Source of the DNA: Hormoscilla sp.
Lineage (GTDB): Bacteria > Cyanobacteriota > Cyanobacteriia > Cyanobacteriales > Desertifilaceae
DNA length: 35,002 bases
Reading direction: 5' to 3'
Assembly: GCA_051439505.1 (NCBI GenBank)
Contig: JBFRWI010000125.1
Span: 1-35,002, forward strand
Positions 9,052 through 19,006 of the stretch are shown here, one piece after another. The notes below the pieces were generated by a model, which worked only from the letters and a program-made list of their open reading frames with translations, ran no database searches and was not told where the DNA came from. Each line of letters starts with the position of its first letter. Within the stretch, counting starts at the first letter, position 1. The translations under genes and the position numbers were made by a program.

Positions 9052-12000
9052 TCAACTAAGCTTAGCTAGCCGCGTCCCGCATTTGTAACAGAAATTGGAA
9101 GCCGCTGGGTTCTTTGTCCCGCAATTAGTACAGAAAACATGTTCTGGTACGGAATCAAAGGGCGGATCTTCTGGGGAGTCGCTGCCCCCCGATCGCATCC
9201 CATTCCCGGCGTGAACGGTATCCTTAATAACCGTCTCTGCTGCTGCATGGGAGTCAATTGGAGTTTTCTGATGCTGGGGTTCAACTACAGGTGATTTGGG
9301 TGCAGCGGTTTGCAGCTTGTAAGCCTCGATCGTCTCCAGAATAATCGTTTTCTCGCGCTTATATTCCGGGCTATCTTCACCCCCCATTTTGGACAAATCT
9401 TCCTTCCGCCGATCCAGATATTGGGTCAATAGATCGAACAACTCTTGCTTTTGGGAGTCTGTTTCCGCCTCATTCAGTTTCAGAGTCACTTGTCGCAAGA
9501 TCTCTTCCCGATCGTCCCGACAGGCCAAGACTTCCAAAACTTGGGCTGCTTCCTCCCAACTGGAGGCGAGGTCTACATTTTCGGTATCTACAGCAGTTTG
9601 GCGAGTATAGCGGATGGCATTTTCCTTAGTCGCGCGATTTTCTTCCTGGCGCAAGATTCCCAAGGCCCTTGCTTGCACCACCAGCTTAAATACTTGGGGG
9701 TCTTCGGGAAACAGGTCCCAGAAAGGCGGTTCTTTTTGCATGTGAACGGGAATGGGCAGGTCTCGGCTTTCTCCCCGCAGCTTGGCCCGTTTCGCGACAA
9801 TACTCTCCCCCTTCCAATCCTGATAAGAGTACCGCAGGTCTTTCATGCCATCAATACAGCGCAGGGAAAAACCGCCGATTTCTTGGACGAAGACCATCCG
9901 GTGACGTTCGAGATTTCCCAAAGGTTTAATGGCATCTTCATTGCCAATAAATTCCTCCAGCTTGGACAGCATTCTTTTGGCTGCCGGGTCGCTAGTGTTC
10001 CGCCCTCCCAACAGGGCCACGTTAGTATTGATCGCTGGGGTAAAGCCCGCATCTTTGCCGGTGAGAACGGCCTTGTTCATCAAAATCAGGGGTTTAGACC
10101 GATTATAGGCGATGCGAATGTTGTTGACAACTTCTGCATCGTCGTTCAAGACTTTGAACAGCCGATCGCAGGCAGCCAGTTCTTGTTTCAACTGACTGCC
10201 CTCGGGGGCCTCCTCCACCACTTTCTTTGCCCGTTCAAAAATTATTTCCCGCAAGTCTTCATCTTGCACGTCCGGTACTTCTGTCAAGTCGAACAGTTGC
10301 ATTACCTCATCCGCAGCGCGGGTTTCTTTCCACAAGGGACTCGCCTCTTTGAGTATATCTTCCGACATGGTGCTGCAAATGGAATCCATGCCCAGTTCGT
10401 AGCGCGTTTTACTCCCCTCGGAAGCCCCGGCCAACTGTTCGATTAAATCTTGATACAAACCATTCAACTCCTGACGGACATAGAGTTTAATGCCATTGAT
10501 CTGCAAGGCATCCGCGCTGTCAGCTTGTCGATCGGCCCTTTGCTTGAAGTAATCCCGATTTTGAATTAATTTTTGATTGAAGCGACTGAACCGACGTTCT
10601 AAAACTGTCAGGTGTTCTTGCAGGCGGGCGATCGCCTCCAGTCCTAGGGCCCTTGCTTTCCGCTGAATTATCGCCACCAAACTCCCCTCCAACCCGTTGA
10701 GGGCCGCGTCGCAATATTCTTCCATTTTCGCTTGTTTGGAGATGCCGAATTTATCTTTGAACTCGTTAAGGGAGGCGATCGCATCTTTATACTCCTGCTG
10801 GCGCTTATTTTCATTTGGTTCCCAGACCTTTTCTTGTTCCCGGCGAAACTTTTCCGCTGCATCCTCGAAAATTTGCCGCACCGTGACGATGAAGCTATCG
10901 GCGAACTTCGGTCCTTGGGTGCGGTCTGCCAACAGGCGGTAAAATTCCGTTTCTAGGGCTTTGCGACCCCGCACAATCAGGCGATCGCGATTATTATACA
11001 TCTTCTTGAGGTAATCCCCGTGCAATCGTTCGTCCGAACTTATTTCCCGGAAATGATCTGCCCGATATGCATCTACTGTTGGTTTGAGATACTCGTCCAA
11101 AAACCGCATAATCTTGCCCCGTTCCGACCCCAACATTTTCACCCCTTGCTGGGTGCATTGCAGCCAATTATCCGTGGCAATTTCATTGCGGATGGTGGTC
11201 ATCCACTCAGTAATCACTGCCAAATAGGAACGGTCTTCCGCCGCCGACAGATCTGCAATCATTTCGGCATCCGTCAGGCGCATGCGCTTGAGCATATCCG
11301 ATCGCACCAATTCTAACATCTGGGGCGGCAACTCCACCGATTCATTCAGCCACCAATGCACCAAGTCCTTGGCCAGACGGTTAGATAGAGAAGCCCGGAT
11401 CTGGGCGATCGGGATTTCGATGGTCGCCAGTCCAAAGCTCATAAAATTCTTAGGATAGCCCCGTCCCCCGGGGTCTGCTGCTGCCCAAGCACTTTTAATA
11501 TTATCGCGAATCGATCGCTTGTGGGGAGCAAAATCGGAAGTCAAGTCCAAAAACATATTTTGGGCAATCATTTCCCGCAGTTGGTCCAGTTGAAAATCAC
11601 TTTCATCATTTTTCGTCCCCACCAGATAAGTAAAATCAAAGGGAGGCAAATTACTCCGCACCTCATCTGCCAGACCATTGCTATACTGGGCTACATACTC
11701 CGTTCTGTAGTCCGAATAATAGCTCAACTCCATCATCGCCGCATAGCCATTTGCCAGCACCCGATCGCCCACACTTATGCCTGCAAACGCCTGGGGCATG
11801 GGCACGATCGCCGTTACCAAAGGGCTAGCTTCCCCCCGCACCCAATTGCGGATACAGTAACCGATATCGATCAGCATCCCGCTACCCGTCCCTCCCGACA
11901 AGGAACCCGTCACGAACACGTTCAAGCTGCCGCTGTTGACCTTAATTCCGTAGCGATCGAGTAGATAATTTTCCCGACCCTTCACCCGGTTACTAGCTGC

Positions 12001-12417
12001 TTGAAATTTCTTTTGCAGTTCGTGGTAATTGCAGAAAAATGCAAACCGACCGCAGGCGCGAATTTGACCCGCACCCGCTTCCAAAGAAGTTATATTCCGT
12101 TCCAACTCTCGGGGAAACCAGTTGTCTATCCAAGGATAATTTTCCATATTCGACACCATCTCCCGGACTTCTTTGCCACTCACCCGAGCCCAATATTTTT
12201 CATTATCTTTGAACTCCGAACCGCTAGCTTCGGGATTGGTAATTTTGTAACCCTTATCCGTATCGATGACCAGAAAACTAACAATCGGAAAATTCTTCAG
12301 ACTGCCATAGGTTTCCTCCACTAAGCGACGCACCCGGGACAGCACTTCCGTTCCCGTGCCCCCAATGCCCACCAGGATCGTGGGCACCATTGTTTTTTCT
12401 TCTACTTGCGGTGGCAT
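9052..12417 (-). CDS. Tubulin-like (Tubulin_2/FtsZ-like) domain protein with long helical region and C-terminal zinc ribbon
   Basis: VGIGGTG, GAGQIRACGR and GSLSGGTGSG GTPase motifs; C-terminal CTNCG...FCYKCG. ATG 12417 is preferred over 12462. Confidence 0.85.
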   Translation of the reverse strand: MPPQVEEKTMVPTILVGIGGTGTEVLSRVRRLVEETYGSLKNFPIVSFLVIDTDKGYKITNPEASGSEFKDNEKYWARVSGKEVREMVSNMENYPWIDNWFPRELERNITSLEAGAGQIRACGRFAFFCNYHELQKKFQAASNRVKGRENYLLDRYGIKVNSGSLNVFVTGSLSGGTGSGMLIDIGYCIRNWVRGEASPLVTAIVPMPQAFAGISVGDRVLANGYAAMMELSYYSDYRTEYVAQYSNGLADEVRSNLPPFDFTYLVGTKNDESDFQLDQLREMIAQNMFLDLTSDFAPHKRSIRDNIKSAWAAADPGGRGYPKNFMSFGLATIEIPIAQIRASLSNRLAKDLVHWWLNESVELPPQMLELVRSDMLKRMRLTDAEMIADLSAAEDRSYLAVITEWMTTIRNEIATDNWLQCTQQGVKMLGSERGKIMRFLDEYLKPTVDAYRADHFREISSDERLHGDYLKKMYNNRDRLIVRGRKALETEFYRLLADRTQGPKFADSFIVTVRQIFEDAAEKFRREQEKVWEPNENKRQQEYKDAIASLNEFKDKFGISKQAKMEEYCDAALNGLEGSLVAIIQRKARALGLEAIARLQEHLTVLERRFSRFNQKLIQNRDYFKQRADRQADSADALQINGIKLYVRQELNGLYQDLIEQLAGASEGSKTRYELGMDSICSTMSEDILKEASPLWKETRAADEVMQLFDLTEVPDVQDEDLREIIFERAKKVVEEAPEGSQLKQELAACDRLFKVLNDDAEVVNNIRIAYNRSKPLILMNKAVLTGKDAGFTPAINTNVALLGGRNTSDPAAKRMLSKLEEFIGNEDAIKPLGNLERHRMVFVQEIGGFSLRCIDGMKDLRYSYQDWKGESIVAKRAKLRGESRDLPIPVHMQKEPPFWDLFPEDPQVFKLVVQARALGILRQEENRATKENAIRYTRQTAVDTENVDLASSWEEAAQVLEVLACRDDREEILRQVTLKLNEAETDSQKQELFDLLTQYLDRRKEDLSKMGGEDSPEYKREKTIILETIEAYKLQTAAPKSPVVEPQHQKTPIDSHAAAETVIKDTVHAGNGMRSGGSDSPEDPPFDSVPEHVFCTNCGTKNPAASNFCYKCGTRLAKLS

Positions 12418-12486
12418 AATCTTTCTCCTTGTACTTCCTCTTATTATACTCCAAACGGTCATAAACTGAGCTTTTTAGGGCAGTAA

Positions 12487-12669
12487 TGTCATTGCGAGGG
12501 GGGGGGGTGCAATTGAGAGTACTTGTGTCGTAGGAGTAACTCCCCCCGCTAGCGCAGCGGCCCGACGTAGGAGGGCTAGCAATCTCCTGGCTCGTGGAGA
12601 TTGCTTCGGGGGGGGATCCTTGAGTTGTTCCGGACAATAATGGTCATGGATACCCCCCTCGCAATGACA
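12487..12669. repeat. Nested palindromic element, copy 2
   Basis: TGTCATTGCGAGGGGG...AGCAATCTCC/GGAGATTGCTTCGGGGG...CCCCCTCGCAATGACA. Confidence 0.85.
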
Positions 12670-12714
12670 AATTCAGTGGCAAAAAGCACAAGTCGATCCT
12701 TTCGGGAGTATAGC

Positions 12715-13620
12715 CTAGCATTGGGATATGAATGGTATCCCGCCTGCCCAACTCCAAATTATACAGGGCGTGACTGCTGTCCAAAATAAAGCATTCCCTA
12801 ATGCTAATTTCCCCGAAACCGTCCAGTGCCTCTGCATGATTCCTTGCAAAATCCAGCGGTCTATAGGCATAATCAGCATCCACATCAAAGCTATCCATGC
12901 ACAGCCTAGCCAAAAGATAATCCATCTTATGTTACTATTAAATAACGAGAAAAATCTGTTTGTAAATAACAATTCCAGATTATCTACATCCTCGGACAAG
13001 TATACTCCTCTTGTCGCCAATGCTGCAGTTGCCAACGCCGGGGCTTCTCCTCCTATGACCACCGAATTAATCTTCACTTTCCGGAAAGCCGCATCGGCAA
13101 TTATCCCCGGGCTAACCGGTGCTTCCCCATCAGTAACTAGGAGTAATTCTCGACAGCGGCCTGGAATATTGCTCAGGGCATTAGTTGCCTCTTCAATGGC
13201 TAAGTCGAGATTGGTGGTACTGGCAACAATTTGTTGGGGGAGATTGGGATTTCGCAAAGCTTGGGTTAATTCAGCCTTCACCTGTTGGCTGTCGCTGTTA
13301 AAACCATTAGTTAAGGGTTTCACGACACCGCCAAAGCCAAATACCTGCACCTGGTTGGGTTGGCGCAGGATGTCAGGAGAATTTTTCTCCAGATAGGCTG
13401 ACACTGCTTGCACTTCTTGTGCCATAATCGTACCCGGAGCATTGAAGCTCCCAGCACCGTAGGTGCTGCTACTTAAATCTAAGGCGATCGCCACTGCGAC
13501 TGGGGGTCTGCCAAAACCCAACAGCCCGAACAGTAAAGCTGCCAATAAGCAAGCACCCAAGATCATTAACGGAATTTGAAACAGTGGATATAGCCACAAA
13601 GGGCGACGATAATTATTCAC
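12715..13620 (-). CDS. Membrane-anchored von Willebrand factor A domain protein
   Basis: MIDAS motif ALDLSSST, TTNL and LLVTDG; one N-terminal and two C-terminal TM helices. Confidence 0.85.
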   Translation of the reverse strand: MNNYRRPLWLYPLFQIPLMILGACLLAALLFGLLGFGRPPVAVAIALDLSSSTYGAGSFNAPGTIMAQEVQAVSAYLEKNSPDILRQPNQVQVFGFGGVVKPLTNGFNSDSQQVKAELTQALRNPNLPQQIVASTTNLDLAIEEATNALSNIPGRCRELLLVTDGEAPVSPGIIADAAFRKVKINSVVIGGEAPALATAALATRGVYLSEDVDNLELLFTNRFFSLFNSNIRWIIFWLGCAWIALMWMLIMPIDRWILQGIMQRHWTVSGKLALGNALFWTAVTPCIIWSWAGGIPFISQC

Positions 13621-13626
13621 TGGTTT

Positions 13627-13711
13627 GAGAATTGAGCAATTGTTAATTGAGCAATTGTTAATTGAGAAAAGCCATTAGCCATTAGCCATTAGCCATTCTC
13701 AATTAGCCATT
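13627..13711. repeat. Short tandemly repeated sequences (STRR-like heptamers)
   Basis: About four GCCATTA units plus AATTGAGCAATTGTT repeats. Confidence 0.7.
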
Positions 13712-15333
13712 TACGGGATCGGGTCGAATTGATAGTTTGACCCCACAGGTCCGGAGGTACCGGGAACAGCTTGAACCAAAGGAACTTCCTCAAAAATATT
13801 AAAATCAGTGTTGCTACTAATGGGAAGACCTCGGTTCAGGAGTCGAGACGCCCCAGAACGACTGGGTTTGGAGGTAACGGCATCGGCGAGGACTTTGGTA
13901 GCATCATAGGCAGTAGCAGTACGCCAGCTAACACGTCCTTTCCAACTCTCTAGGGCTTTAGCGGCGAAGGGATCCCCAGGCTGATAACTCCAGGGAACTG
14001 CCAGTACCAGGCCCTCAATGGCATTTCCTCCTTCTATCAGGATAGTAGGATTATATAGTTCATCTCCTCCCAGCAGGGTCATGACTGGCCATCGATATGC
14101 ATTGGCCTGGGCCAGGGCCACTGCCTGAGAAACCTTATTTTTACTCAATGCCAAAAATCCCACATTCGCCCCTCTTCTCTTGGCCCGGGCAACTTCTGTC
14201 GCCGGATCGAAGTCAGCCCCCAGCACATCCACTGTACTCACTACTCTACCATCGATCGCCGCGATCGCCTGCACCAATTCCTGCTGCAACTGCTGGCTGT
14301 AGGGACTATCGGAGTTATAGAAAACCACAGCGGCGGGGGTAAAATACCTGTCCTTGGCATATTCAGCCAGAGTCTTGCCCACAGCTTGGAGATAACTGCC
14401 CAGCAATTCATTAGATTTTTCGGACGGCCCGATCGTCTTGAGAGTAGACCGACCCTCCCCGCTGGAGGTAACGCTAGTAGTCAGGGGCGATAGCACGGCC
14501 AAGTCATTAGCATTATATATTTTCAGGGCCTGTTGGCTGCCCGGATCGATGCCATGTCCCAACACCCCCAGCACATTGGCATTCACCAAGTCTTGGGAGA
14601 TCGAGGCCGCGCGACCCGGTGCAATATCATTGACAACCACTACTTCTAACAGGCGTCCGACTGAGGCCGAGGGAGACTGGTTATATTCTGCTTGATATTG
14701 GGCGACCCCCCGCAGCACTTCTTTCGCCGAGTTCGCACTCGCAGTAATAGGAACCACTACTGCTATGGTCAGAGGATTGCCTGCTTTTCTGGCCATGGCA
14801 TTCTGGAGATAAATTTTGCTTTCCGGATCGTTGGGCCTGGCGTCCGATGCTTGTTGATAGAGACTTTGGGCCCGACTCCACTGCTGCCTGGCAAATTCTG
14901 ATGCCCCATCTAACTTCAATTGAGTTTCATCCAACAGAATTTTCTCCCCCTGACTGAACAGTTCTTTATTCCTAGCTTTTTCACTGACAAACCCAGCGGA
15001 ATTAATTATGACTTCGTTATCGATACTGTTTAGCATCTTAACCGCTAGCAAAGAAATAGCTCCCCCTGCTAGGATAATCAGCACTGCTACTATGGCGATC
15101 GGGCCCATATTCAGTTTTTGGGTAGCTTTAGATACGAAAGTCTTTGGAACTATATTCCGATGCTTTCCTTTTGGTTCCACTGCCTCCCTGGGCAGACCGC
15201 AGATAGTGCAATCAGGACCAGACATTTCCTCGGGTTCGTGGGGACCAGAACAATAGGGGTATTGTAACCCATCTTTCGGTCGCCCATCGCAGATCCAAGT
15301 CGTTCTCGGGTTCATCACATTTCCCCTCAGCAT
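13711..15333 (-). CDS. Membrane protein with Cys/His-rich N-terminus, TM helix, TPR-like segment and LivK-like periplasmic-binding domain
   Basis: WICDG..YPYC..H...CTICG, a TM helix, PNDPESKIYLQNA, IAVVVPI and SWRTATAYDAT. The start may be ATG 15315. Confidence 0.8.
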   Translation of the reverse strand: MLRGNVMNPRTTWICDGRPKDGLQYPYCSGPHEPEEMSGPDCTICGLPREAVEPKGKHRNIVPKTFVSKATQKLNMGPIAIVAVLIILAGGAISLLAVKMLNSIDNEVIINSAGFVSEKARNKELFSQGEKILLDETQLKLDGASEFARQQWSRAQSLYQQASDARPNDPESKIYLQNAMARKAGNPLTIAVVVPITASANSAKEVLRGVAQYQAEYNQSPSASVGRLLEVVVVNDIAPGRAASISQDLVNANVLGVLGHGIDPGSQQALKIYNANDLAVLSPLTTSVTSSGEGRSTLKTIGPSEKSNELLGSYLQAVGKTLAEYAKDRYFTPAAVVFYNSDSPYSQQLQQELVQAIAAIDGRVVSTVDVLGADFDPATEVARAKRRGANVGFLALSKNKVSQAVALAQANAYRWPVMTLLGGDELYNPTILIEGGNAIEGLVLAVPWSYQPGDPFAAKALESWKGRVSWRTATAYDATKVLADAVTSKPSRSGASRLLNRGLPISSNTDFNIFEEVPLVQAVPGTSGPVGSNYQFDPIP

Positions 15334-15721
15334 TGATTTCTTACTTTAGACTATACTCCCCCTGCTTGACCGCGATCGCTTTGGCTTGGTTTCCCGGGGT
15401 GCGGCGCTAGTAACATTTTTATCTGCACCCATAATAACAGATGTCATCTTCCTACATGATATTGGCGATCGCGCATCGGGTTATGCAATTGACTTGGCGG
15501 GCATTGCCCACCGAACAATTTGGCGTTGCATAACGACACCGATGATTGGCGATCGCCTCCAAAGGGGTGTGGTCTGGCAGAAGTTGCTCGCTCAGACTCG
15601 GTGCAATAACCCGGTGTAGCTCCTCTAACCCAAGTTTAAGGCCCCCACGCGACCGCCTCCTCTACCAACTGTAAATGAGCCGCACCCCCACACCCGTCGG
15701 GAACCGTCGTACACAGTCGGG

Positions 15722-15926
15722 AACCGTTGCGCGGCTGTCTGCAACCGTTGCGCCGCTGTCTGCAACCGTTGCGCGGCTGTCTGCAACCGTTGCGCCGCTG
15801 TCTGCAACCATTGCGCCGCTGTCTGTAACCGTTGCGCGGCTGTCTGCAACCGTTGCGCCGCTGTCTGCGACCGTTGCGCCGCTGTCTGCAACCGTTGCGC
15901 CGCTGTCTGCAACCGTTGCGCCGCTG
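15722..15926. repeat. 21-bp tandem repeat (AACCGTTGCGCCGCTGTCTGC), 9 full units plus 1 partial
   Basis: Read directly from the sequence; no spacers, scattered point variants. Confidence 0.95.
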
Positions 15927-15989
15927 CTCAACATTAGTCGATTACGATCGCCCGCTACCGGTGAAAGTCGAAAATTGCTCTACTCTATC

Positions 15990-16139
15990 GGGTGTGGTCA
16001 AAAGTAGTTGGAGAGGATCCCCCCCACACCCCCCCTTCCAAAAGGGGGGGCTTCCGGAAGCCCCCCAATAACGGGGGGTTCGGGGGGATCCGGCGCCTGG
16101 GCGGGCCGCCCGAACGATCAACGGGTTTTGACCACACCC
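15990..16139. mobile_element. MITE with 14-bp TIR GGGTGTGGTCAAAA and 9-bp TSD TACTCTATC
   Basis: Perfect TIRs; TSD at 15981-15989 and 16140-16148. Confidence 0.9.
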
Positions 16140-16258
16140 TACTCTATCAACTACTTTTGAGCCGCACCCCCTCAACGGGCGCAAGACCACACCCTTGCCC
16201 ACCAGATCAGTTATTAGTAATAGGTAAAGTTTTATTGGGGCAATTGCTCAATTAACAA

Positions 16259-17287
16259 TTAACAATTGACAATCTGTCCTGTAGCGGCTGAGAGCTGAGC
16301 GGCATTGGCAATTTTCAGACTGTATAAACTGGCCTCCGGAGACAAGTATAATGGCGTTCCTGCGATTAAACGATCTAACACCATGCCAGTATCTTGAGCA
16401 AATAGACCTCGGCGACTGGCAACTTCTATAGGTGTAGTTTCCTCTCCGCGCACCAGAAAACCCCGATCGCTGCGATCGAAGATCAGAGTTCCCTGGTCTC
16501 CATGAGCTTCTAGTTTCCGTTCGGCCTGCCAGAAGGTTTCTCCTTTACCATAGATTAGGTCCGCGATCGCCCCCGACGTAAACCGCAACTGCGCAGTACA
16601 TAGACAAGCGCGATAGTCATCTTCTGTCACTGGCCAATATCGGACCTGACAGCTAACGGTAGCGACTGTACCCAAGGCGTCCGTGAGCCGGTGCAGACGG
16701 GAGAGCGCCGCAGTCAGAGGAAAACCGAACAGTTTTCGGTTATATTTCCAGCCCGTTGGAGCCGGTCGTTTAGGGGCGATCGTGGCGTAGCGAAGATAAA
16801 AGGGGTTACCAATTGCCGGTAATGACTGCTTAAAAGCCCGATGCAAGCCACCGAGAAGTTCAATATGCTCCACATGCAGCAGCTTACCACCAGCAGCAGC
16901 CAAAGCGAGCAGTTCTTCAGCTTCGGTTGCATCTAAGCAAAGGGGATATTCTACCACCACATGCTTACCGCTGTTGAGTGCCGCACGAGTTATGACACCA
17001 TGATCTCGATTCACAGTACAGACGATCGCTAGATCCAGATCCGAACGTTCTACCAGATCCTGCCAGTTAATTGCCTCAGCCCCATAGTAATTCGCGAATT
17101 CCTGGGTTTTCTCCAGAGAGTGACCGGCAACAGCAACCAAGTCCGAGCGTGGATCGGCCTGCAAGGTTTGCGCCCGCATCTTGGCAGCATAACCAGTCCC
17201 AACGATGCCAACTCTGATAGTCACGGTCCCATACATGTTCTTCACCGGCGGCAGGGCAACTTCAACCATAACCTTTACTCTTACCAT
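16259..17287 (-). CDS. bvdR: Biliverdin reductase (Gfo/Idh/MocA family)
   Basis: VGIVGTGYAA, GKHVVVEYPL, LLHVEHIELLGGLH, FGFPL..ALSR and YGKGETFW. The start is more likely ATG 17236. Confidence 0.8.
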   Translation of the reverse strand: MVRVKVMVEVALPPVKNMYGTVTIRVGIVGTGYAAKMRAQTLQADPRSDLVAVAGHSLEKTQEFANYYGAEAINWQDLVERSDLDLAIVCTVNRDHGVITRAALNSGKHVVVEYPLCLDATEAEELLALAAAGGKLLHVEHIELLGGLHRAFKQSLPAIGNPFYLRYATIAPKRPAPTGWKYNRKLFGFPLTAALSRLHRLTDALGTVATVSCQVRYWPVTEDDYRACLCTAQLRFTSGAIADLIYGKGETFWQAERKLEAHGDQGTLIFDRSDRGFLVRGEETTPIEVASRRGLFAQDTGMVLDRLIAGTPLYLSPEASLYSLKIANAAQLSAATGQIVNC

Positions 17288-17326
17288 ATCCCGCTCCCCG
17301 ATCGAACGCTATAACCAGCAATAGCA

Positions 17327-17536
17327 GCAGATATAAGTAATCAGGATAGAATAAGCAGAACTTATAATAAATTCTATTCAATCGCTCTGTAAAAAACTGT
17401 AACAAGCCGGAAATTTTCCCGTAATATCAGAGATGAAGCTGACCGAGTTACAAACTGTTAACCCGATGAGACTTAATAGTGTGTATAAGCGAAGCTTATG
17501 AAAGACTAGCAAAAGAATGTTTGAGAGGAATGGCAG
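17327..17536 (+). promoter_or_regulatory. petF upstream region, copy 1, with an HLR1(RpaB)-like site at 17386-17403
   Basis: 210 nt highly similar to 18069-18278; the minus strand reads GTTACAGT-TT-TTTACAGA as a direct repeat. Confidence 0.6.
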
Positions 17537-17842
17537 ATGGCAACTTACAAAGTAACACTGATCAACGAGGAAAAAGGGATAAACCAGACGATTGAGGTTC
17601 CTGAAGATGAGTACATTCTGGATGTGGCTGAAGAACTGGGACTCGATCTACCCTACTCCTGCCGCGCCGGTGCTTGCTCGACCTGTGCGGGCAAAGTCAC
17701 CAAGGGTACAGTCAATCAGGAAGACCAGACCTTCCTGGAGGACGACGCCTTAGAAGCAGGGTTTGTCCTGACTTGCGTGGCTTACGCCACTTCAGACTGC
17801 ACGATCGAAACCCATACCGAAGATGCGTTGCAGGACCTGTAA
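17537..17842 (+). CDS. petF: Plant-type [2Fe-2S] ferredoxin with divergent C-terminus
   Basis: [13 protein letters not shown]...VLTCVAY; ends in [10 protein letters not shown]. Confidence 0.93.
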   Translation: MATYKVTLINEEKGINQTIEVPEDEYILDVAEELGLDLPYSCRAGACSTCAGKVTKGTVNQEDQTFLEDDALEAGFVLTCVAYATSDCTIETHTEDALQDL

Positions 17843-18068
17843 TGATATCAATAGTTTCCGAATGGGTGAAACCCAGAGAATCAGCTCTAAAGGCGGTTTG
17901 CCACCAATAGTATCATTCCGTGGCATCTGTTAGTGGTTGTTTGCACGAGCAGATATATCTAGAGCTATCTGTCCGCTCATCTGTCAGCATCCGCTTGTAG
18001 GATGCTGCCCCCCTACAGCTGGCACGGTAGAACAGTTATGTTAATAGAGAGCGATAGATCGCGAGTAC

Positions 18069-18278
18069 GCAGATATAAGCGATCGGGATAGAATAAGCAG
18101 AACTTATAATAAATTCTATTCAATCGCTCTGTAAAAAACTGTAACAAGCAATAAATTTTCCCCTATTATCAGAGATGGAGCGAACCGAGTTACAAACTGT
18201 TAAGCTGATGAGACTTAATAGTTTGTATAAGGGAAGCTTATCAAAGACCAGTGACAGAATGTTTGAGAGGAATAAGAC
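18069..18278 (+). promoter_or_regulatory. petF upstream region, copy 2, with an HLR1-like site at 18128-18145
   Basis: Duplicate of 17327-17536. Confidence 0.6.
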
Positions 18279-18927
<649 letters not shown>

Positions 18928-19006
18928 AACTAGCTAGCTTCGCTGGTGGGAACTCAAAGTGGTTAGTGGTTGTACCCCTAACCACTTTCCATATCCCCCA
19001 CCAAAA

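Noticed and set aside
9445..10446. 333-aa plus-strand ORF and other long antisense ORFs (120-500, 4494-5168, 7019-7609, 12728-13396)
   Set aside because: Shadow frames of well-supported genes on the opposite strand, with no recognisable motifs
15722..15926. CRISPR array
   Set aside because: The units are contiguous with no unique spacers, and no cas genes are present
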